From positions 1 to 26,996 of the forward strand of contig DATCQF010000013.1 in the NCBI GenBank assembly GCA_036569735.1: a DNA stretch of 26,996 bases. The letters are read 5' to 3'. The position numbers and the translations under genes were made by a program. Shown in pieces: positions 1 through 6,976 of the stretch. Source of the stretch: Stellaceae bacterium. GTDB lineage: Bacteria > Pseudomonadota > Alphaproteobacteria > ATCC43930 > CGMCC-115725. Position 1 is the stretch's first letter. Every line of letters begins with the position of its first letter. The notes below the pieces were generated by a model. That model was not told where the DNA came from and ran no database searches. It was given only the letters and a program-made list of their open reading frames with translations.

Positions 1-180
1 CATCGCGACCGTGGGCCGCGCCCCCTCACGACCAGATAGGCGTGGCAATGCGTCGAGCGCGGCAGCGGCGGACCCGAAGCGGCGCAGCAGCGCGTAAAAG
101 GTGATCGGGCCGACGCTTTCGGTCCGGCAGAGGCGCAGCCAGTCGAGGCGTTCCTGCGGTTCGAGTTCGCGCTCGGCCAG
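1..180 (-). CDS. dprA: DNA-processing protein DprA, 5' part only (runs off the window start); probable CTG start
   Basis: Not in the ORF track. Manual translation from 180 gives LAERELEPQERLDWLRLCRTESVGPITFYALLRRFGSAAAALDALPRL..., matching the alphaproteobacterial DprA N-terminus. It follows plsY as in the common pyrB-pyrC'-plsY-dprA order. SD-like GGAAGGA lies 9 nt upstream of CTG at 180. Confidence 0.85.
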   Translation of the reverse strand, partial: MAERELEPQERLDWLRLCRTESVGPITFYALLRRFGSAAAALDALPRLSGREGARPTVAM

Positions 181-186
181 GGGGTC

Positions 187-771
187 TTATCCTTCCCGGA
201 AGGAGATCCGGCTCTCGGTGCCGGCCATGAGGCGCTGGACGTTCTGCCGGTGGCGCAGCACGACGAGGATCGCGATGAGCGCGATCAGCGCGGCGCGCGG
301 TTGGTCGACCACAAAGCCGGCGAGCGCGGCGCTGGCCACCGCGGCGACCAGGGCGGCGAGCGAGGAATAACGGAAGACGATCGCGGTGGCGAGCCACAGG
401 AGGCCAGCGCTGAGCGCCACCGGCCAGGCGATCACGATGAGGACCCCCAACGCGGTCGCCACCCCCTTGCCGCCGCGAAAGCCGAGCCATACCGGATAGA
501 GGTGGCCGACGATGACCGCGGCCCCGCCGGCCAGCGCCGCCTCCTCGCTCCACGCGGCGCCGACGAGCACGGCGGCCGCGCCTTTCAGCACGTCGAACAC
601 CAGGGTCAAGGCGGCCAGCGTCTTGTTGCCGGTGCGCAACACGTTGGTCGCGCCGATACTGCCCGATCCGATGTCGCGGATGTCGCCATGCCCGGCGATC
701 CTGGTCAGCAACAGCCCGAACGGGATCGAGCCCAGGAGGTAACCGACGATTGCGGCGAGGATCGCGTTCAT
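187..771 (-). CDS. plsY: Glycerol-3-phosphate 1-O-acyltransferase PlsY (194 aa)
   Basis: Motifs GYLLGSIPFG, GSGSIGATNVLR, DVLKG, GHLYPVWLGFRGGKGVAT and HRQNVQRL..GTE. Start placed at ATG 771; the ORF-track extension to 864 reads through a repeat. Confidence 0.95.
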   Translation of the reverse strand: MNAILAAIVGYLLGSIPFGLLLTRIAGHGDIRDIGSGSIGATNVLRTGNKTLAALTLVFDVLKGAAAVLVGAAWSEEAALAGGAAVIVGHLYPVWLGFRGGKGVATALGVLIVIAWPVALSAGLLWLATAIVFRYSSLAALVAAVASAALAGFVVDQPRAALIALIAILVVLRHRQNVQRLMAGTESRISFREG

Positions 772-773
772 CG

Positions 774-915
774 CCCCCACCCCAACCCTCCCCCGCAAGC
801 AGGGGAGGGAGAAAACGGCGGCTCGGTCGCGGTCAAATACCCTCCCCTGTGATCCCCGGGCCAAGCCCGGGGAGGGGAGGAAGGGACCCGCGCCGCAGGC
901 GTGGGAGGGTGGGGG
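774..915. repeat. Composite REP-like palindromic element
   Basis: Hairpin CCCTCCCC-cgcaagca-GGGGAGGG at 786-809. Second unit CCTCCCC (841-847)...GGGGAGG (874-880) encloses the hairpin TCCCCGGGC-caa-GCCCGGGGA (853-873). The ends CCCCCACCCCAACCCTCCC and GGGAGGGTGGGGG are mutually inverted. Confidence 0.85.
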
Positions 916-927
916 CTCGCCGGCCGC

Positions 928-2229
928 TCACGACTGCTCCTGCCGCGCAAAGATCGTGCGGCCATCGACGACCGTGCATTCGACCCGGCCTTCGACCGGG
1001 CGGCCGTCGAACGGCGCGTTCTTCGATTTGGAGCGGAACGAATCGGTGTGGATGCGCCATGCCGCTTCTGGATCGAAGACGACGAGGTCGGCCGGACCGC
1101 CGGGGGTCAACCGGCCCGCTTTGAGCCCGAGGATGCGCGCCGGGTTGATCGTCAGCCGCCGAATTACCTCGAGGAGGGCGAGGTGGCGGTTGTGATAAAG
1201 CTCGAGCGAGAGTGGCAAAAGAGTCTCCAGCCCGACGATGCCATAGCTCGCCGAGCTGAACGGCAGGCGTTTGGAATCCTGGTCCCAGGGGGCGTGGTCG
1301 CTGGCAATGGCGTCGATCGTGCCGTCGGCCAGGCCCTCGACGACGGCGCGGCGGTCGGCTTCGCAGCGCAATGGCGGCGACAGCTTGGCAAACGTCCGAT
1401 AGTCGCCGATCGCGGTCTCGTTCAAGGCAAAATAGGGCGGCGCCGTATCGCAGGTCACCGGCAGCCCGGCCGCCTTGGCGCGCGCGATCGCCTCGATCCC
1501 GGCGGCGGTCGAGACATGGGCGACGTGATAGCGCGCGCCGGTAATCTCAACCAACCGCAGGTCGCGCTCGATCATGATGATCTCGGCCAAGGGCGTGATG
1601 CCGGCGAGGCCGAGGCGGGTGGCGATTTCGCCTTCGGTCACCTCGCCCGCCTGGCCAAGGCTGGGTTCCTCGGGATGCTGGATCACCAGCTGGTCGAAGC
1701 TGCGCGCATAGGACAGCACCCGGCGCATCACCAGCGCGTCGGCGATCGCCTTGACCCCGTCGGTGAAACCGACAACGCCGCTCGCCGCCAGGAGGCCGAT
1801 CTCGGTCAGCTCACGGCCCGCGAGGCCCTTGGTGGCGGCGCCGTAGGTGTGGATTTTGGCGAGCTTCACCTCGCGGGCGCGCCGCGCGATGAACTCGACG
1901 ACCGACACGTCGTCGACCGGCGGCTCGGTGTTGGGCAGCGCCACCATCGTGGTGACCCCGCCGGCCGCCGCCGCCTGCCCGCCACTCGCGATCGACTCCA
2001 TGTGCTCGGCGCCGGGCTCGCGCAGCTGCACCCGCATGTCGACGAGCCCGGGCGCGAGGCACAGCCCCGCGAGATCGATTATTTCCACCTCGGCGCCGAG
2101 GCTCTCGCCAAGCTGTCCGCCGAGCGCCGCGATCCGGTCGCCCTCGACCAGGAGATCGCCCGGCGCGTCGAGCCCGCTCGCCGGATCGAGGAGGCGGGCG
2201 TTGCGGTAAAGGCGGCGCGCGGCGGTCAC
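928..2229 (-). CDS. pyrX: Dihydroorotase-like protein, probably the inactive structural PyrC'/PyrX partner of ATCase
   Basis: Class I DHOase fold motifs (PGLVD..REPG, PNTEPP, ASDHAP, GLETLL, SKNAPF). The metal-binding DxHxH motif reads DMRVQ. GTG start, directly downstream of pyrB. Confidence 0.85.
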   Translation of the reverse strand: MTAARRLYRNARLLDPASGLDAPGDLLVEGDRIAALGGQLGESLGAEVEIIDLAGLCLAPGLVDMRVQLREPGAEHMESIASGGQAAAAGGVTTMVALPNTEPPVDDVSVVEFIARRAREVKLAKIHTYGAATKGLAGRELTEIGLLAASGVVGFTDGVKAIADALVMRRVLSYARSFDQLVIQHPEEPSLGQAGEVTEGEIATRLGLAGITPLAEIIMIERDLRLVEITGARYHVAHVSTAAGIEAIARAKAAGLPVTCDTAPPYFALNETAIGDYRTFAKLSPPLRCEADRRAVVEGLADGTIDAIASDHAPWDQDSKRLPFSSASYGIVGLETLLPLSLELYHNRHLALLEVIRRLTINPARILGLKAGRLTPGGPADLVVFDPEAAWRIHTDSFRSKSKNAPFDGRPVEGRVECTVVDGRTIFARQEQS

Positions 2230-2239
2230 GGGATCATCG

Positions 2240-3193
2240 TCACTGGATCGGCGGGTTGTTGCCGAAATCGCCGGCGAGGATTTCGAGGCAGGCCATGCGC
2301 ACCGCGACCCCCATCTCGACCTGCTGGCGGATGAGGCTCCTGTCGATGTCGTCGGCGATTTCGCTGCCGATCTCGACGCCGCGGTTCATCGGCCCCGGAT
2401 GCATGATCAGCGCATCGGGCTTGGCCAGCTTCAATTTGTCGTAATCGAGCCCGAAAAAATGAAAATATTCGCGGGTCGACGGCACGAAGGAGCCGTGCAT
2501 CCGCTCCACTTGCAGCCGCAGCATCATGATGATGTCGACATCCCGGAGGCCGGCTTCCATGTCGTGAAAGACCTCGACCCCGAGGCGCTCGATGGCGGCC
2601 GGCAAGAGGGTGCGCGGCGCCACCACCCGGACCCGCGCGCCCATCACGTTGAGGAGCGCGATGTTGGAGCGCGCCACCCGGCTGTGCAGGACGTCGCCGC
2701 AGATCGCCACGGTGAGCCCCTCGAGCCGACCCTTGCGGCGCCGGATCGTCAGCGCGTCGAGCAGCGCCTGGGTCGGGTGCTCGTGGCTGCCGTCGCCGGC
2801 GTTGATGACCGCGCAATCGACCTTTTCCGACAACAGCTGCACCGCGCCCGATTCGGGATGGCGCACAACGAGCACGTCGGGGTGCATTGCGTTCAACGTC
2901 ATCGCCGTGTCGATCAGGGTCTCGCCCTTGCGCATCGCGCTGACCGCGACCGCCATGTTGATGACGTCGGCGCCAAGCCGCTTCCCGGCGACCTCGAACG
3001 AGGTGCGGGTGCGGGTCGAATTCTCGAAAAAACAGTTGATCAAGGTGCGGCCGCGCAGCCGCGTGGTCTTCTTGTCGGCCTGCCGGCTCAGCTCGACATA
3101 CCCGTCGGCGAGATCGAGGACATGCTCGATATCCTCCCGGCTCAGCCCCTCGATGCCAAGCAGATGCCGATGCCCGAAAGAATATTCCTGCAT
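2240..3193 (-). CDS. pyrB: Aspartate carbamoyltransferase catalytic subunit (317 aa)
   Basis: Motifs [57 protein letters not shown] and MHPGPMNRG. Start at ATG 3193 ([17 protein letters not shown]). Confidence 0.97.
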   Translation of the reverse strand: MQEYSFGHRHLLGIEGLSREDIEHVLDLADGYVELSRQADKKTTRLRGRTLINCFFENSTRTRTSFEVAGKRLGADVINMAVAVSAMRKGETLIDTAMTLNAMHPDVLVVRHPESGAVQLLSEKVDCAVINAGDGSHEHPTQALLDALTIRRRKGRLEGLTVAICGDVLHSRVARSNIALLNVMGARVRVVAPRTLLPAAIERLGVEVFHDMEAGLRDVDIIMMLRLQVERMHGSFVPSTREYFHFFGLDYDKLKLAKPDALIMHPGPMNRGVEIGSEIADDIDRSLIRQQVEMGVAVRMACLEILAGDFGNNPPIQ

Positions 3194-3202
3194 GAGGGCG
3201 GG

Positions 3203-3231
3203 ACTATAGGGAGACGGCGGAGGGGCAGCAA
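3203..3231 (-). promoter_or_regulatory. Candidate sigma-70 promoter of pyrB: TTGCTG-N17-TATAGT, 9 nt from the ATG
   Basis: On the minus strand, -35 at 3231-3226 and -10 at 3208-3203 with a 17-nt spacer, followed by CCCGCCCTC-ATG and no SD sequence. Confidence 0.6.
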
Positions 3232-3253
3232 GCGCGGCCATTCCCCACCGATC

Positions 3254-3384
3254 TGTCATCCCGGCGAAGGCCGGGACCCATGCCGATGCAAGCACCTTAA
3301 TAGTGGTGTTGGCTCGCTCGGTCGTGCAGAATCGCCACGCCCTGAGTGCCGGAAAGATGGATCCCGGCTTTCGCCGGGATGACA
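3254..3384. repeat. Inverted pair of REP-like palindromes (GTCATCCCGGCGAAGGCCGGGACCCA type)
   Basis: TGTCATCCCGGCGAAGGCCGGGACCCA at 3254-3280 and TGGATCCCGGCTTTCGCCGGGATGACA at 3358-3384 are mutually inverted, and each has an internal hairpin. They give the typical spurious WxPAFAGMT translations in the ORF track. Confidence 0.9.
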
Positions 3385-3395
3385 AGCCGGGTGGT

Positions 3396-4634
3396 TCAAA
3401 CCGCCTCCACCGGCTTCACCGCCTTCAACCGGGGCAGGACTTCGTTGGCGAAGAGGCGGATGCCTTTCTCCGATTCGGGGTGCGACATGAAGCCGGAGCG
3501 GCCGATCATGCTGAGGTGGCCGAAGCCGCCGACCTTGTCGTGGAACTCCATGATCTGGCGGTAGACGCTGTCGGGGTTGCCGACAAAGAGAATGCCCATC
3601 GCCATCGCCTCCTCGGCATTGAGTGACATGAGGCGCCGGGCGTTCTGCCCGGCCGAGGGGGCGACGCCCTTCTCGGCGTTCGTCAGGCTGGGGGTGAGGG
3701 TGGGCGCGGCCGCCGCAGGCGCCGGGCTGTTGCGATAGATCTGCGGCGCGGCTTCGGGCGGCGCGGTGCCCGGCATGAAGCGCGAATGCTGCGGCGCCGA
3801 TTTCAAACTGGTGTTGAGAAACCATAAGAGCTTCTCGCCGACCCGGCGGCCTTCCTCCTCGGTGTCGCCGACATAGACAAAGGCGGCGTACGCGAAATTG
3901 TCGGTGGTCACCGGCGACAGCCCGGCCAGGGTACGCGCCTGGCGGTGCGCGGCATAGGCGCGGCGCGTGCCCTCGACCCCGCGCAGCACCAGCACATGCC
4001 GCATGCCGCGTCTTCCGGCCTCGGCGGCGCTCTTCGGGTCGCCGGTCGCCGCCCACATCGGCGGATGCGGCGTTTGATAGGGCCGCGGCCAGATGTTGAC
4101 GTGGCGGTGGGTGAAGTGCTTGCCCTCCCAGCTGAACGGGCCGTCATGCGAGGAGAGGGCCTTCCCGATCAGGTCGATCGCCTCCCAATAGCGCTCCTCG
4201 TTGCCTACCGGGTTGGCGTTGGCGGACGGCATCTCGGTGCCGCCCGATTTGACAAAGCCGATGTCGAGCCGGCCGCGCGAAATGACGTCGGCCGTCGCAT
4301 ATTCCTCGGCGATCCGCACCGGGTCCTCGCGCAGCGACACGAGCGTCCCGAGCGAGAGGATGCGCACCTTCCTCGTCTGGCGCGCCAGGATGCCGACCAG
4401 CATCGGGTTGGCGCCCAGCAAGGAATTGATTCCGGCATGGTGCTCGATCGCGAGCACGTTCATGCCGAGATCGTCGCACAACAGGAACTCGTCGATGACC
4501 TCCTCGAACAGGTCGGCGGCGATCCCGGGGTCGCAATAGCGGTTGGGCAGGCTGCCGCGCACCGATTGGGCCGCCGCCAGCACCTCGCGCGGGACAAACG
4601 GGTAGGGGATCTCGCACTGCCACCACGCATCCAT
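3396..4634 (-). CDS. LLM-class flavin-dependent oxidoreductase (luciferase-like monooxygenase), 412 aa
   Basis: Motifs [62 protein letters not shown] and [12 protein letters not shown]. Confidence 0.88.
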   Translation of the reverse strand: MDAWWQCEIPYPFVPREVLAAAQSVRGSLPNRYCDPGIAADLFEEVIDEFLLCDDLGMNVLAIEHHAGINSLLGANPMLVGILARQTRKVRILSLGTLVSLREDPVRIAEEYATADVISRGRLDIGFVKSGGTEMPSANANPVGNEERYWEAIDLIGKALSSHDGPFSWEGKHFTHRHVNIWPRPYQTPHPPMWAATGDPKSAAEAGRRGMRHVLVLRGVEGTRRAYAAHRQARTLAGLSPVTTDNFAYAAFVYVGDTEEEGRRVGEKLLWFLNTSLKSAPQHSRFMPGTAPPEAAPQIYRNSPAPAAAAPTLTPSLTNAEKGVAPSAGQNARRLMSLNAEEAMAMGILFVGNPDSVYRQIMEFHDKVGGFGHLSMIGRSGFMSHPESEKGIRLFANEVLPRLKAVKPVEAV

Positions 4635-4700
4635 CGCCCGCGCCTCTGCTCAATCGGGGCAGGAATTATGCGGGCACCGGGGCGGATAAGTCGAGGCGGG

Positions 4701-4746
4701 TTGCGTACTTCCGTGACACGGCTTACGTATATCGCGCTGGGATATC
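4701..4746 (+). promoter_or_regulatory. Candidate vapBC promoter/operator
   Basis: -35-like TTGCGT (4701-4706), AT-rich TACGTATAT about 17 nt downstream, and a short inverted repeat ATATC-N7-GATAT (4729-4745) ahead of the GGAGGGG RBS. The match is weak. Confidence 0.35.
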
Positions 4747-4759
4747 CCCGGAGGGGACC

Positions 4760-4996
4760 ATGGTTGCCCGTTCGAAGGTGTTCACGACCAATCGCAGCCA
4801 GGCGGTGCGTCTGCCGAAGGCGGTGGCGTTCCCCGAGGGAGTCCGCGAGGTCGAGATCATAATGGTTGGCGACAGTCGCATCATCACCCCGGTCGGCCGG
4901 AGGTGGAGCGACTTCTTTCTCCACGGCCCGCGCGTATCCGACGACTTCATGACCGAGCGCGACGATCCTCCGCCGGAGGAGCGCGAGCCGCTGTGA
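4760..4996 (+). CDS. vapB: Antitoxin VapB (AbrB/MazE-like DNA-binding domain), 78 aa
   Basis: KVFTTNRSQAVRLPKAVAFPEGVREVEI..VGDSRIITP resembles enteric VapB/VagC. Its stop overlaps the toxin start (TGATG). Confidence 0.9.
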   Translation: MVARSKVFTTNRSQAVRLPKAVAFPEGVREVEIIMVGDSRIITPVGRRWSDFFLHGPRVSDDFMTERDDPPPEEREPL

Positions 4997-5397
4997 TGCT
5001 GCGCTACATGCTCGACACCGATATCTGCATCTATGTCATCAAAGATCGCCCGTCCGGCCTGCGTCAGCGGTTCGACGAATTGGAAGACCAACTCGGCATT
5101 TCCACGATCACGCTCGGAGAACTGCTCTACGGCGCAGAAAACTCGGGGCGGCGCACGCATAACCTCCACACGGTCGAGGAATTCGCCGGTCGGCTCGACG
5201 TATTGCCGTTTTCCGCGAATGCCGCGGCACATTACGGGCAAATCCGCGCAGCGTTGAGGCGGGTGGGCCGGCCTGCCGGCGTGCACGACATGCTGATCGG
5301 CGCTCATGCCCGCAGTGAAGGTTTGGTACTGGTCACCAATAATGTGCGCGAGTTCGAGCGGATGCCCGGCTTGCAGGTCGAGAACTGGACGCCTTAA
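4996..5397 (+). CDS. vapC: PIN-domain toxin VapC, enteric tRNA(fMet)-cleaving type by similarity (133 aa)
   Basis: [56 protein letters not shown]; the acidic catalytic positions are present. An alternative GTG start lies at 4993. Confidence 0.9.
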   Translation: MLRYMLDTDICIYVIKDRPSGLRQRFDELEDQLGISTITLGELLYGAENSGRRTHNLHTVEEFAGRLDVLPFSANAAAHYGQIRAALRRVGRPAGVHDMLIGAHARSEGLVLVTNNVREFERMPGLQVENWTP

Positions 5398-6440
5398 TCC
5401 GCCAGCCGCCACCTTAGCGTCTCGCCGGCGCGGAACGGGGCGACGGCATTGCCGCCCTCTCCGATCCGCTCCGGCACCGTCCAGGACTCGCGGCGCAAGG
5501 TCATCCGGCGCTCGTTGACCGGCAGGCGGTAGAATTTGGGGCCGTTCAGCGAGGCGAAGGCCTCGATGCGGTCGAGCGCGGCTTCCTCCTCGAATACCTC
5601 GGCATAGATCTCCAGCGCGGCCGGTGCGGTGAAGATGCCGGCGCAGCCACAGGCGGTCTCCTTGGTCGGGATCGCATGCGGAGCGCTGTCGGTTCCGAGG
5701 AAAAACGCCGGGCTGCCTGAGGTCGCGGCGCGGCGCAGCGCAAGGCGATGCTTCTCGCGCTTGGCGATCGGCAGACAGTAGAGGTGCGGCCGGATGCCGC
5801 CGCGGAAAATATCGTTGCGGTTGATGACGAGATGATGCGCGGTGATCGTCGCCGCCAGATTGGGCCCGCCGGCGCCGACATAGGCAACCGCCTCCTCGGT
5901 CGTGACGTGTTCGAGGACGATGCGCAATTCGGGGAGGCGCCGGCGTAAGGGATCGAGCACCCGCTCGATGAACACCGCCTCGCGGTCGAACACATCGACC
6001 TCCGGGTCGGTGACCTCGCCGTGGATCAACAGCGGCATCCCGAGCCCGGCCATAGTTTCCAAGACCGGCATAACGCGGTCGATGTCGGTGACCCCGTGCG
6101 CCGAATGGGTCGTCGCGTGCGCCGGGTAGAGCTTGACCGCGGTGAAGACGCCCTCCGCATGCCCGCGCGCGACCTCGGCCGGGTCGGTCGTGTCGGTCAG
6201 GTAGCAGGTCATCAGCGGGGTGAACTCCACTCCCGCCGGCAGCGCCGCGACGATGCGCTCGCGATATGCCCGCGCCGCCGCGACATCGCTGACCGGCGGC
6301 ACCAGGTTCGGCATGACGACCGCGCGGGCGAACTGCCGCGCGGTCGAGGGCAGCACCGCACACAGCATCGCCCCGTCTCGGAAATGCACGTGCCAGTCGT
6401 CGGGCCGGCGGATGGTGATCGTATCGGGGGCTCCTGCCAT
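5394..6440 (-). CDS. pyrC: Dihydroorotase, class II (E. coli type), catalytically intact (348 aa)
   Basis: [55 protein letters not shown] and CAGIF. SD-like AGGTGA upstream of ATG 6440 (alternative GTG 6449). Confidence 0.95.
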   Translation of the reverse strand: MAGAPDTITIRRPDDWHVHFRDGAMLCAVLPSTARQFARAVVMPNLVPPVSDVAAARAYRERIVAALPAGVEFTPLMTCYLTDTTDPAEVARGHAEGVFTAVKLYPAHATTHSAHGVTDIDRVMPVLETMAGLGMPLLIHGEVTDPEVDVFDREAVFIERVLDPLRRRLPELRIVLEHVTTEEAVAYVGAGGPNLAATITAHHLVINRNDIFRGGIRPHLYCLPIAKREKHRLALRRAATSGSPAFFLGTDSAPHAIPTKETACGCAGIFTAPAALEIYAEVFEEEAALDRIEAFASLNGPKFYRLPVNERRMTLRRESWTVPERIGEGGNAVAPFRAGETLRWRLAD

Positions 6441-6453
6441 CGCTGTCACCTGC

Positions 6454-6891
6454 CTAGTTCCGGCATCTTTGAAGCATTTGCGGCGCGGCGCCGGTCAGGA
6501 CGATGCGGTCGGCGCCGAGTTTCTCGATCGTCTGCTCGAACCTGTTCGTCGTCGGGCTCGGCAGCGCGCCGCCGTCGCGCTCGCCGCCGATGATTTGTAG
6601 TACGAGCTTGAGCCTGCTGCCGCCCAACGGTAATGCGTCCATCACCGCCGAACGGATCGTCATTCTGACGTCCCCGTCGGCGCTGATCGTCGTGTATGTC
6701 GGCTGACTACCCGATTGGCCGAAGATGATCCGGAAGCCCGGCCGCGTTGCGGTCACGTCGGTGGCGCAGTCGCTCGCCCATGTCCCCAACAGGCCGAAGC
6801 GCTCGATCATCGTCAGGGCGCTGTCGGCCGCCCCGACGGTCGGGCCGAGCGCGAACGCCGCGAGGACGGCCAGCCACAAGATTTTCCGCAC
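6454..6891 (-). CDS. Hypothetical secreted protein (145 aa)
   Basis: GTG 6891 preceded by GGAGGGGAT. Signal-peptide-like [21 protein letters not shown], mature part [11 protein letters not shown]..., second Cys at the C-terminus (LQRCRN). Ends 13 nt upstream of pyrC. Confidence 0.7.
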   Translation of the reverse strand: MRKILWLAVLAAFALGPTVGAADSALTMIERFGLLGTWASDCATDVTATRPGFRIIFGQSGSQPTYTTISADGDVRMTIRSAVMDALPLGGSRLKLVLQIIGGERDGGALPSPTTNRFEQTIEKLGADRIVLTGAAPQMLQRCRN

Positions 6892-6976
6892 ATCCCCTCC
6901 GCCATTTCCCATATCAGGATAGAGCGCAAGGCAGCGGCTTGCTATCGTCGCCGGCGCAATCTGATGGAGAGCGGCA

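Noticed and set aside
901-2334. Long antisense and alternate-frame ORFs (901..2334, 2399..3382, 4723..6363, 11467..12723, 16603..17856, 24982..25971 and others)
   Set aside because: They are Arg/Gly/Pro-rich shadows of real genes, expected at this GC content, and carry no recognisable motifs.
3203-3214. ACTATAGGGAGA, identical to the 3' half of the T7 promoter (possible vector contamination or phage promoter)
   Set aside because: The TAATACGACTC specificity half is absent. The match is explained as the reverse complement of the pyrB -10 element and spacer.
3194-3385. 64-aa N-terminal extension of PyrB in the ORF track, including ATG 3241
   Set aside because: It reads through a REP element (WVPAFAGMT) and the predicted promoter; ATCase similarity begins at about ATG 3193.
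3396-4634. LLM gene as RutA-type pyrimidine monooxygenase because it lies among pyr genes
   Set aside because: The N-terminus and motifs do not resemble RutA as I recall it, and no rutB-G genes are present.
4996-5397. Functional link between tRNA(fMet)-cleaving VapC and the CTG starts or folD
   Set aside because: CTG initiation still uses fMet-tRNA, and folD is 20 kb away; only co-occurrence in the window supports a link.
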